In this document: positions 34,506 to 42,282 of the stretch, one piece after another
Layout: each line of letters opens with the position of its first letter
Numbering within the stretch: the stretch's first letter is position 1
Assembly (NCBI GenBank): GCA_014382605.1
Contig: JACNJM010000159.1
Location: 1 to 50,747 of the forward strand
Length of the DNA stretch: 50,747 nucleotides
Direction: 5' to 3'
Source of the DNA: Anaerolineae bacterium
Lineage (GTDB): Bacteria; Chloroflexota; Anaerolineae; Anaerolineales; UBA11858
The notes under the pieces: model-generated
Seen by the model: only the letters and a program-made list of their open reading frames with translations
Told to the model about the DNA's origin: nothing
The model's database searches: none
Program-made: the position numbers and the translations under genes

Positions 34506-34553
34506 AAGTTGAAGGTTACTTGTGCAACACACCAACCTTCAGTTTTCAACCTT
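34506..34553. repeat. Family B hairpin repeat between convergent genes
   Basis: AAGTTGAAGGTTAC...CAACCTTCAGTTTTCAACCTT. Confidence 0.5.
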
Positions 34554-35382
34554 AAACGATGAGATTATCAATAAGTCTCGTCCGCCCAACCCGCACGGCC
34601 ATCGAGAACAGCACACGGTCAACTTTGCCTTTGTGTTCTTGCAAGGTATCAGGATGCGCGCAGGAAATATATTCCAGATCGGCCAGTGGCTCGGCGTTGA
34701 CAATCTCGGTGACGAGGGCGCGCAACTTGTCGGCGTCGTGCTGCCCGGCGTGGAAAGCGTCTTTAGCAGCGTTCAGCGAGCGCGAAAGCACCGTGGCCGC
34801 CTGGCGTTGAGCCGAGTCAAGATAGGTGTTGCGGCTGGAGAGCGCCAGCCCATCGGGTTCACGCACAATCGGGCAGACGACAATCTCGATGGGGAAATTC
34901 AAATCTTGCACCATGCGCCGAATCACGACCGCCTGCTGGGCATCTTTTTGACCAAAATAAGCCCGCTGTGGCTGCACCCCATTGAAGAGTTTCGCCACAA
35001 CCGTAGTCACGCCGCGAAAATGCGTCGGGCGGCTGGCGCCTTCCAGCACTTTGGTCACTTCATCTACTGTCACCCAGGTCTGAAAGCCTTCAGGGTACAT
35101 CACTTCGGGCGTTGGCGTCCATAACAAGTCTACACCCGTATCTTCGAGCAAATGCGAATCGCGTGCCAGATCGCGCGGGTACGAAGCCAAATCTTCAGTG
35201 GGGGCAAACTGTGTGGGATTGACAAAAATGCTTGCCACAACCGAGGCACATTCTTCGCGGGCACGGCGCGCCAGCGAGAGATGGCCTGCATGCAAATAGC
35301 CCATCGTGGGCACGAAACCTACGGGGCCAGTGAGTTTTGCGCGTTCGGCGCGCAGTTCAGAGATAGTAGTTACAGTTTTCAT
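34552..35382 (-). CDS. panC: Pantoate--beta-alanine ligase
   Basis: 'PTMGYLHAGHLSL' and 'FGQKDAQQ'. Confidence 0.95.
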   Translation of the reverse strand: MKTVTTISELRAERAKLTGPVGFVPTMGYLHAGHLSLARRAREECASVVASIFVNPTQFAPTEDLASYPRDLARDSHLLEDTGVDLLWTPTPEVMYPEGFQTWVTVDEVTKVLEGASRPTHFRGVTTVVAKLFNGVQPQRAYFGQKDAQQAVVIRRMVQDLNFPIEIVVCPIVREPDGLALSSRNTYLDSAQRQAATVLSRSLNAAKDAFHAGQHDADKLRALVTEIVNAEPLADLEYISCAHPDTLQEHKGKVDRVLFSMAVRVGRTRLIDNLIV

Positions 35383-35455
35383 AGTTTGGTTTCAAGTTTT
35401 AGTCAGGATTTACGCACTTTCGCAAAAGAAAGCCCGAAAACAGGGGTGTGTGGGT

Positions 35456-36430
35456 TCACTGAGGAAACTCCATGGACTCTGTGCCTCTGTGGTCAGGTTT
35501 CTCAGCCATCGGTCTTCCATCCCCAATCAATGCTTTTACAAGCAGCCACAGGGTATGATTTACAGGTGTAGGGATACCAAATTTTTCACCAGCCCGCACC
35601 ACGGCACCACAGATGGCGTCAATTTCGGTTGGCGCGCCGCGGGCCACATCTTGCAGCATCGATGATCGGTTCTGCGCCGTGCGGCGGGCCACATCTTCGG
35701 CCACCGCGGCGGGGTCATCAAAGGGCAGCGCCACACCGCGGGCGGCGGCCACGGCAGCCACTTCGCGGGCGGCAGCGAACATTAATTGACGCGCTTCAGG
35801 GCGATTCAATAACTCGCCGTTGGAGGCGCCCAGCAGGGCGGTCAGTGGGTTGATGGCCGCGTTGACGGCCAGTTTGCCCCAAATCAGCGCATCCACATCG
35901 GGAACGATTTGTGTGGGAAAGTTGGCCTGCTCAAAAAATTGGATCAGCGGCCCAAGGGCAGGATTCGCCCCTAGCGAGATAACTCCCTCCCCGCCGGGAC
36001 GCACATGACCCGGCCCGAGCAGGGTTGCCCCAGCGGTGGTGGAACCTAACTCCACGCGGCCTGCACCGAGCGCGTCTATCAAGGCTTCACGGTTCCCCAG
36101 GCCGTTTTGCAAGCTCAGGGCAATACCATCGTCGGCCAAACATTGCGCCAGTTGACGCGCCGCCCGTTCCGTTTGCCAGGCTTTGACCAGCACCAGCGCA
36201 AATCGCGCTCCGGCGCATTCAGCAGGATTATCCGTGGCGGTGACGGGGATAAATTGTTCTCCACCTTCAGAATCCACCAAACGGATGCCGCGCCCGTTGA
36301 TAGCGGTGATCCCTTCGGGCCAGGTGCCCAGCATGGAAACAGAAGCACCTGCGAGCACGAACCGTGCCGCGAACAGGTTGGCGAGGGCGCCGATTCCAAT
36401 AATTAGCACGTCAAAACGTCTATCCGTCAT
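35456..36430 (-). CDS. panE: 2-dehydropantoate 2-reductase (C-terminal ~20 aa run into a repeat remnant)
   Basis: 'VLIIGIGALANLFA' Rossmann motif, located between panB and panC. Confidence 0.85.
   Translation of the reverse strand: MTDRRFDVLIIGIGALANLFAARFVLAGASVSMLGTWPEGITAINGRGIRLVDSEGGEQFIPVTATDNPAECAGARFALVLVKAWQTERAARQLAQCLADDGIALSLQNGLGNREALIDALGAGRVELGSTTAGATLLGPGHVRPGGEGVISLGANPALGPLIQFFEQANFPTQIVPDVDALIWGKLAVNAAINPLTALLGASNGELLNRPEARQLMFAAAREVAAVAAARGVALPFDDPAAVAEDVARRTAQNRSSMLQDVARGAPTEIDAICGAVVRAGEKFGIPTPVNHTLWLLVKALIGDGRPMAEKPDHRGTESMEFPQ
35477..35501. repeat. Family R half copy inside the 3' end of the panE ORF
   Basis: CTCTGTGCCTCTGTGGTCAGGTTTC. Confidence 0.4.
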
Positions 36431-37305
36431 GCGCCAAATTCGTTAAGAAATTGCTGCCATTCATCTTCCAACATCTCGACGGAGTGTTCTTCAGCAGGGA
36501 AGGTGCGAGCTTCGACATCGGCTTTATAGGCCGTGAAGGCGGTTTCCATTTGTGCGCAGAAGTTGGCATATTGCCTGACGAAACGCGGCGTGAAACGCTC
36601 GAACAGGCCCAGCAGGTCGTGCGTGACGAGTACCTGACCGTCGCAGCCTGCCCCGGCACCGATACCAATCGTCGGGATTTCAAGGCGTTGGGAGACAAAT
36701 TCGGCCAAGCGAGCGGGCACGGATTCGAGTACGATGCTGAAGCAGCCCGCAGCTTGCAGCAACAAGGCGTCTTCGAGCAGGCGTTGGGCCGCGGCTGCGT
36801 TGCGCGCCTGGGCACGCATCCCGCCCAATTGATGCACGCTCTGTGGGGTCAGGCCCAAATGCCCTTGCACGGGGATGCCAGCCCCAACAATGGCACGAAT
36901 CACTTCAATGCGCTCGCGACCCCCTTCGAGCTTGACAGCATCCATCCCGGCTTCTTGCAGAAATCGCCCGGCGTTGCGCACAGCGTCATTCACATCGGCC
37001 TGATACGACATAAAGGGCATATCGCCAATCAGCAGGGCGTAGCGTGCGCCACGGGCCACGGCGCGGCAGTGATGCAGCATCTCATCCATCGTCACCGGGA
37101 GAGTGTTCTCGTAACCCAGAACGACCATACCCAGCGAGTCGCCGACCAGAATCGAATCGACGCCAACGCGGTCGAGAGCCAGCGCGGTGGGGTAATCGTA
37201 AGCCGTCAGCACGCTGATCGGCTCACTGCGCTGCTTCTTTTGCACAAAACTGCGCGTGGTTATTTTTTTGCGTTGCGCGGGGGAATCAACAGATGTTGTA
37301 GACAT
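36427..37305 (-). CDS. panB: 3-methyl-2-oxobutanoate hydroxymethyltransferase
   Basis: 'LTAYDYPTA' and 'VGDSLGMV'. SD AAGGAGG lies upstream of ATG 37305. ATGA overlap with panE. Confidence 0.95.
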   Translation of the reverse strand: MSTTSVDSPAQRKKITTRSFVQKKQRSEPISVLTAYDYPTALALDRVGVDSILVGDSLGMVVLGYENTLPVTMDEMLHHCRAVARGARYALLIGDMPFMSYQADVNDAVRNAGRFLQEAGMDAVKLEGGRERIEVIRAIVGAGIPVQGHLGLTPQSVHQLGGMRAQARNAAAAQRLLEDALLLQAAGCFSIVLESVPARLAEFVSQRLEIPTIGIGAGAGCDGQVLVTHDLLGLFERFTPRFVRQYANFCAQMETAFTAYKADVEARTFPAEEHSVEMLEDEWQQFLNEFGA

Positions 37306-37416
37306 GGTACCCTCCTTTTTGGGTAGGGGCCGGTTAAACAACGATATTTCATTTGCTGGTCTCGTCCCGGCTGATGAAAATCAGTACAGGCGATAAATGT
37401 GTTGCAAATTAGTAGG

Positions 37417-37432
37417 CTGAAAGTTGAAAGTA
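37417..37432. repeat. Family B half copy fused to a family R half copy
   Basis: CTGAAAGTTGAAAGTA. Confidence 0.35.
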
Positions 37433-37435
37433 AAA

Positions 37436-37466
37436 TCTTTGTGTCTTCGTGCCTTTGTGGTTAAAC
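37436..37466. repeat. Family R half copy overlapping the add stop codon
   Basis: CTTTGTGTCTTCGTGCCTTTGTGGTTAAAC. Confidence 0.45.
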
Positions 37467-38456
37467 TTTTTTTGATTTGAGAGTCACCTTCCCATGCTCT
37501 GACAGGAAGGCGATTTCGAGGGCGTTGCGTTGCGCTTGATGAATTTGTGCCTTGCTCAGGCCCGCGGCGGGGGCGGCGACTTTATATTCGTAGGCTAAAT
37601 CAATGGCACTGATTCCGGGGTCATCCGTGTTGAGGGTTGCTAGCAAGCCCTGCTCTAAGAAGCCGCGCATGGGATGGCTGGCAAGATCGGGAACGGTCGT
37701 AGTTTGCAGATTGCTGGTCAGGTTGGCCTCGATGCCGATGCGATGTTCACCCATGTATTCTCTCAAAACCGGATCGTGCATGGCAGCTACGGCGTGACCG
37801 ATGCGCGTGGCGCCCAGGCCCTCGATGGCTTGCCAGATGCTTTCTGGGCCAGCCGATTCGCCCGCGTGGACGGTTATTTGCCAACCGGCATGGCGGCCTT
37901 TTTTGAAATGCTCCACAAAAAGCTCGCCAGGGTAATTGGCCTCGTCACCCGCCAGATCAAGGGCGGTCAGATGCTCTTTTTGGGATAACAGGGCATCCAG
38001 TTCTTTCCAGCCCATCTCCGGGCCGTAGGTGCGGCTGATAATGCCGATCAGGTTGGTTTTTACGCCGAAATCACGCTCACCTTGCTGTGCGCCATCCACT
38101 ACGGCGGCAACCACCCCGGCGGGGTCGAGATTGTGAGGTTGGGCCATAAAGACAGGACTAAAGCGCAATTCGATATAGTTAATGCCTTCGTTACGGGCGT
38201 CTTCTACGTTTTCGTAGGCCACACGGCGGCAGGCATCGTAATCGGCCAAGACGCCCACCATCCACTCAAATTTGGCGAGGAAGGCCATCACGCCGGGCTG
38301 CGGCTCCATCACCTGCACATACGGGCGCAGGGAATCCACATCCCAGGCCGGAAGCGGCAGGTTATGCTGCCTGCCCAAATCCAAAATCGTTTCCAGGCGA
38401 ATGCTGCCATCCAGGTGGCGGTGCAGGTCAATCAGAGGGAAGGTTAGATCAATCAT
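37461..38456 (-). CDS. add: Adenosine deaminase
   Basis: 'MIDLTFPLIDLHRHLDGSIR' (close to the E. coli Add N-terminus), 'TVHAGE' and 'TLNTDDPG'. Confidence 0.93.
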   Translation of the reverse strand: MIDLTFPLIDLHRHLDGSIRLETILDLGRQHNLPLPAWDVDSLRPYVQVMEPQPGVMAFLAKFEWMVGVLADYDACRRVAYENVEDARNEGINYIELRFSPVFMAQPHNLDPAGVVAAVVDGAQQGERDFGVKTNLIGIISRTYGPEMGWKELDALLSQKEHLTALDLAGDEANYPGELFVEHFKKGRHAGWQITVHAGESAGPESIWQAIEGLGATRIGHAVAAMHDPVLREYMGEHRIGIEANLTSNLQTTTVPDLASHPMRGFLEQGLLATLNTDDPGISAIDLAYEYKVAAPAAGLSKAQIHQAQRNALEIAFLSEHGKVTLKSKKV

Positions 38457-38509
38457 AAGTTTATCCGCGTGCATCCGCGGCTTCTTGTTTCATACTTGGC
38501 GTGTTCATA

Positions 38510-38538
38510 ACTATACCCCCAAACGACTTCTCGATCAA
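38510..38538 (-). promoter_or_regulatory. Candidate promoter for add
   Basis: Minus strand reads TTGATC-17 nt-TATAGT. The -35 overlaps the LCP stop codon. Confidence 0.4.
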
Positions 38539-39971
38539 GGCAAATTATTTGTGGCAGCCCAATCGTCACCCAGCACCACAACCACATCGACTGCGTTGCC
38601 ATATTCATAATTGAACTGAATGTGGCGCGTGTCCACATCAAATAAACTGGTGAGATATTGCATCGTATAGGGTCGTCCCACATGGTCTACCAAAGTTGTG
38701 TTGGCATAGAGTTCATCCAACTCGCGGGTTTCCACCACCGTTGCACCCTGCGCACGCAAATAATTCGCCGTGCGCAGGGTCAGCCCCGGATCATCACTGC
38801 CATTCCACACTGCAATGGAGGTACCCTCCTGGGCGAGCAAATCCAATGGATCGCCTACGGCCAAAGGTGATAGCGAACCTGATGTGTCAAAAATTTCATC
38901 GCGCAGCACGCGAATGCGATCCGGGTATGGGACAAGAATACTCAAATTATTCGGCGACCAACCAAATGCCACGTAATTAATATCGATCACCCCCTGGCGA
39001 ATATTCTCCCTGGGTACCTGTGCAGCCACCGCGGCCAATCGCAGCACTTCATCCAACTGCATATTGGTTTTTATCCCCGCGGCCAATTCCGTATACAGGG
39101 TGGGCGCTTTGCTAATCAGCATGGGCAGCAATTCAAGATCAAGAATACGGTCACGGATGCCCATAATCACCTGCTGCTGGCGACGGGCGCGGGCAAAATC
39201 GCCATCACCCTGGCTACGGTTGCGCGCATAAGCCAATGCCAACTCGCCTGGCAAAACCTGCACACCGGGCTGCAGGTAACGCGTATTATCATCGCCCAGC
39301 GGATCAATTTTGATGCGCTCCGGGATATCCAGCTTAACGCCGCCGAGTTCGTCGATAAAACGGATAAAGGCATCGAAGTCGACCACCGCATAGTAGTGGA
39401 TCGGCACCCCGATGACCAGTTCCACGGTTTGCACGGACAAGCCGGGGCCACCATAAGCGTGGGCTGTGTTGATTTTGGCGTGTCCAACCCCGGGGATGGC
39501 CGCCCAAAGATCGCGCGGAATCGAAAGTACGCCTGCTGTCTTGGCGACGGGATCCATCGTCAGGAGGATCATGGTATCCGAGCGGGAGGGACCAACCTCA
39601 TTGGCCCAATCGCGATAGTCGAGGCCCATCAATAAAATCGTGACGCGCTCGGTGCCATTCCACGGAACAAGGGTCGGCGTAATTTCAAGGATTTGGCTGG
39701 GTAAGGGTAGCGGCGTAGGGCGGTCAGGTGTAGTAGCAGCGGGCGCTTGCGTTTCGATAACATCGGTGGAGAGAACAGGCTCAAAACGAGGCAGTGTAGG
39801 GATCGCAGTGCGATAATTCTGTGTGTAGCTAATTTCGCGGCTCACCAAATAGGTTACAAAACCAGTCACGAACATCAACACAATTAACGCCATAGTCCAG
39901 GCCACCCAGGAGAGGCAGGCAGAGCGAGATTTAGCAGGTGGCTGTTGGTGCAATTTCGGCATTCGATTCAC
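38535..39971 (-). CDS. LytR-CpsA-Psr (LCP) family glycopolymer ligase, membrane anchored
   Basis: N-terminal TM, 'ILLMGLDYRD...RSDTMILLTMDP', and a C-terminal LytR_C-like region. Start is GTG 39971 or ATG 39962. Confidence 0.85.
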   Translation of the reverse strand: MNRMPKLHQQPPAKSRSACLSWVAWTMALIVLMFVTGFVTYLVSREISYTQNYRTAIPTLPRFEPVLSTDVIETQAPAATTPDRPTPLPLPSQILEITPTLVPWNGTERVTILLMGLDYRDWANEVGPSRSDTMILLTMDPVAKTAGVLSIPRDLWAAIPGVGHAKINTAHAYGGPGLSVQTVELVIGVPIHYYAVVDFDAFIRFIDELGGVKLDIPERIKIDPLGDDNTRYLQPGVQVLPGELALAYARNRSQGDGDFARARRQQQVIMGIRDRILDLELLPMLISKAPTLYTELAAGIKTNMQLDEVLRLAAVAAQVPRENIRQGVIDINYVAFGWSPNNLSILVPYPDRIRVLRDEIFDTSGSLSPLAVGDPLDLLAQEGTSIAVWNGSDDPGLTLRTANYLRAQGATVVETRELDELYANTTLVDHVGRPYTMQYLTSLFDVDTRHIQFNYEYGNAVDVVVVLGDDWAATNNLP

Positions 39972-40007
39972 TTCAATACCCTAACCTGGACAAGCCAGAA
40001 CCAAAAA

Positions 40008-40043
40008 GGTTTCACCACGAAGGCACAAAGAGCGCAAAGTGCC
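40008..40043. repeat. Family R half copy (left-arm type)
   Basis: GGTTTCACCACGAAGGCACAAAGAGCGCAAAGTGCC. Confidence 0.45.
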
Positions 40044-40046
40044 TGA

Positions 40047-41339
40047 TCAGGGAGTAGCGCTTGGCGGCGGAACCGTCGTCAGGGTTGGGGGTGGAATAGT
40101 CGTCAACGTTGGCGGCGGGGCTGTGGTTAGCGTTGGCGGTGGAACCGTCGTCAGCGTTGGGGGTGGCACTGTGGTCAGCGTCGGCGGCGGAACCGTCGTC
40201 AGGGTTGGCGGCGGGACGGTCGTCAATGTTGGTGGGGGCACAGTGGTCAGGGTTGGGGCTACTGTTGTTGCAGTCGGCATACCGGATACTGTCGCCGATG
40301 GCCCTGGCAGAGGAGTCAGTGTGACCGTATTCGTCAATGTAATCGAAGGTATCAGAGTCATGGTCTGTGTGGGCGGCGAACAGATATTCGCTACATGCGT
40401 CAATGTCAGCGGTAACTCTTCATCAGCGCCGCCAAATTGCAACGCCAATTCGTACTGTTTCTGGGCTTCGCACCAGCGTCGCTCGGCGGCTAGTTCTGCG
40501 CCATAGTGCAACAGCGACATGCGGTAACGCCACCCGGCGCTGGAGCCGGTTCCATCGCGCAAACCGGGCACAGAGGCGGCGACCTGCCCAAAATAATAAA
40601 CCGCTTGTTCTGGATACGCTTGCCAAAACCCCAAACCGGTTAAATATAATCTGGCCCAGCCGCGGTACACTGTGGCCTGATAATCTAATGGGCCAATTTT
40701 TTCTGCCAGCGAAAGATCATAAAGCCCCCCCTCCAGGTCGCCGAGTTGTAAAATGCGCTGCTCGCCGCGATTGCGCAGCGCAGCAAAAAGGCTGTCATCC
40801 ACTTCAACAACGCGATAGGTCAGATCTTCGTTGCGCAGGGCAATCAATGCCGCTACGGCGCCATCCCAGTCGCCAGCCGCCAGCAGGGATTGGGCGCGCT
40901 GGAAGATGGATTCAACCCCGCTGGGGTCGCGCGTGGGTGTGAGGGTGATCGTAGGGCTTGGCGCCAGCGTAGGCGGGAATTGCGTAAGTGTGGGGGTTGC
41001 GGTGGTATTCAAAATTTGCAATATTTCGCTGAGATACTCCCAGGCATCTGGATAATCTTCGGGGGCAAAGGCCACCACATATTCCAAACGCTGACGCGCC
41101 GATTCATAACTTCCGGCCTGGTAATCTTCCAACCCTAATTGATATTGCTCGTCAATTACCTCCGCATTCGGCGCAATGACCTCGTTGGCGGCCAATACCG
41201 CCCCGTGCTGATACCCCGCCCAAGCGCCAATAAAACCGATCAATATCAGCAAAACAAGCGCCAACCCTGCCAGCAGAATCTTGTTCGCGGCAGATTTTGG
41301 CGCTTGTCGGGATGTCTTACGTGTTGAGGGAGTGGACAT
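40047..41339 (-). CDS. Membrane-anchored TPR-like protein with C-terminal (PTLTTVPP)x8 repeat tail
   Basis: N-terminal TM 'ILLAGLALVLLILIGFIGAWAG', a helical-repeat middle region, and eight tandem 8-aa repeats at the extreme C-terminus. Confidence 0.6.
   Translation of the reverse strand: MSTPSTRKTSRQAPKSAANKILLAGLALVLLILIGFIGAWAGYQHGAVLAANEVIAPNAEVIDEQYQLGLEDYQAGSYESARQRLEYVVAFAPEDYPDAWEYLSEILQILNTTATPTLTQFPPTLAPSPTITLTPTRDPSGVESIFQRAQSLLAAGDWDGAVAALIALRNEDLTYRVVEVDDSLFAALRNRGEQRILQLGDLEGGLYDLSLAEKIGPLDYQATVYRGWARLYLTGLGFWQAYPEQAVYYFGQVAASVPGLRDGTGSSAGWRYRMSLLHYGAELAAERRWCEAQKQYELALQFGGADEELPLTLTHVANICSPPTQTMTLIPSITLTNTVTLTPLPGPSATVSGMPTATTVAPTLTTVPPPTLTTVPPPTLTTVPPPTLTTVPPPTLTTVPPPTLTTAPPPTLTTIPPPTLTTVPPPSATP
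40063..40254 (-). repeat. Eight tandem 24-bp coding repeats (TLTTVPPP units)
   Basis: Units start at 40063, 40087, 40111, 40135, 40159, 40183, 40207 and 40231. Units 1 and 6 are identical; the others differ mostly at synonymous positions. Confidence 0.9.
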
Positions 41340-41374
41340 ATTTTTACAGGGCTAATCACAAAGCGTGCAAAGGT

Positions 41375-41935
41375 TCACATTTTGCGAAATAAGTAAGTCA
41401 CGCCGCCAAGCAGCGCATAAAGCAAACCCAACAGCACCAACGCGAATTTGGGCACGGCGCACGCAGCGGCGATCAAAGCCCAGGGCTGGGCAGGCGCCAC
41501 GAAGAGCATCACCAACAGGGAAATATTCTCTACTACATCCAGCAGGCCAGCCAGAATCAATCCCCAGGCCAACCAGCGACCCAGGGCGGCGACTTTCACC
41601 ATTTTTTGGGAGAACGTATCGGCCGCCATGATGCAGCCCAGGCCGATGGCCGCCGCATATAGAGGGATAAAGAGAAAATCCAGCCCCTGGATGAACGCGG
41701 CACGCTCGCGGGCGACGGCATCCCAACTGGCTAGGATGCTTTCTACCACTGGGGTGGTTGCCGCCAACTCAAAGGATACAATCCCCGCGGGAGCCGCGTC
41801 GGTCGTTAGCGGGGATCCCGTCAGCATGAAAACCGCTTCAACCAGCAATGTCAGCGCAACCAATACCCAAAATACACGCTGCCGGCGGCTCACTGTGATT
41901 TGTTCAAATGGATGTTGCATAGATTGTGCCTCCAT
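41375..41935 (-). CDS. Small multi-TM membrane protein, unknown function
   Basis: 4-5 hydrophobic segments. The start is uncertain (ATG 41935, ATG 41920 or TTG 41950). Confidence 0.45.
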   Translation of the reverse strand: MEAQSMQHPFEQITVSRRQRVFWVLVALTLLVEAVFMLTGSPLTTDAAPAGIVSFELAATTPVVESILASWDAVARERAAFIQGLDFLFIPLYAAAIGLGCIMAADTFSQKMVKVAALGRWLAWGLILAGLLDVVENISLLVMLFVAPAQPWALIAAACAVPKFALVLLGLLYALLGGVTYLFRKM

Positions 41936-41943
41936 CAGCCAAT

Positions 41944-41972
41944 TTGTCAATTATAATACTGAAAAAGATAAT
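41944..41972 (+). promoter_or_regulatory. Candidate promoter for the ytxH-like gene
   Basis: TTGTCA-17 nt-GATAAT, about 40 nt upstream of ATG 42014. Confidence 0.4.
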
Positions 41973-42013
41973 AGTTGGCTCTTTGGACACCAACTGACAC
42001 AAAGGAGATTATC

Positions 42014-42226
42014 ATGAAGCGGGTCACAAATTTCTTAATCGGCTTTTTCTTTGGGGCATTGCTCGGTGGCATGATCACTTTGTTGCTGACGCCCTCCTCA
42101 GGCGATGAATTGCGCACACAGCTTCAAGCACGTGCCCAAAGCATTCAGGATGAAGTCAAAACGGCTGCGGCTGCGCGGCGAGCTGAACTCGAAGAACAGC
42201 TCTCTACTCTGCGAAAACCAGCATAA
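42014..42226 (+). CDS. YtxH-domain protein
   Basis: 'FLIGFFFGALLGGMITLLLTPSSGDELR', with SD AAGGAG upstream. Confidence 0.7.
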   Translation: MKRVTNFLIGFFFGALLGGMITLLLTPSSGDELRTQLQARAQSIQDEVKTAAAARRAELEEQLSTLRKPA

Positions 42227-42229
42227 TAA

Positions 42230-42272
42230 CAAAAAAAGGGAGTGTGCTGCGAGCAGCACACTCCCTTTTTTT
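42230..42272. terminator. Bidirectional intrinsic terminator between the convergent ytxH-like and peptidase genes
   Basis: A7-GGGAGTGTGCTGC-gag-GCAGCACACTCCC-T8. Confidence 0.8.
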
Positions 42273-42282
42273 TGAGTTTTAT

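Noticed and set aside
36451-37326. Long antisense ORFs opposite well-supported genes. These are 36451-37326 versus panB, 34522-35124 versus panC, 48093-48812 versus the Wzz-like gene, and 41448-42017, 27611-28189, 13430-13939 and 14072-14593 versus their respective genes.
   Set aside because: Each lies fully inside a gene with strong family motifs on the other strand. Their translations are low-complexity and Arg/Gly/His-rich with no recognisable motifs, which is typical shadow-ORF behaviour in GC-biased coding DNA.
38457-38534. Possible purine (adenine) riboswitch upstream of adenosine deaminase, as occurs for add in some bacteria.
   Set aside because: Only about 47-78 nt are available. The conserved purine-riboswitch core (the U-rich junction and the 'UCUACC'-type segment) is not present; only a small CCGCG/CGCGG hairpin is seen.
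40039-40506. Plus-strand ORF encoding (GGGTVVSV)n, and the possibility that the 24-bp tandem array is a CRISPR or other non-coding array.
   Set aside because: The units are contiguous with no spacers. They are in phase with the minus-strand ORF and vary mainly at that ORF's synonymous positions. The plus-strand ORF is therefore the antisense shadow of the PT repeat.
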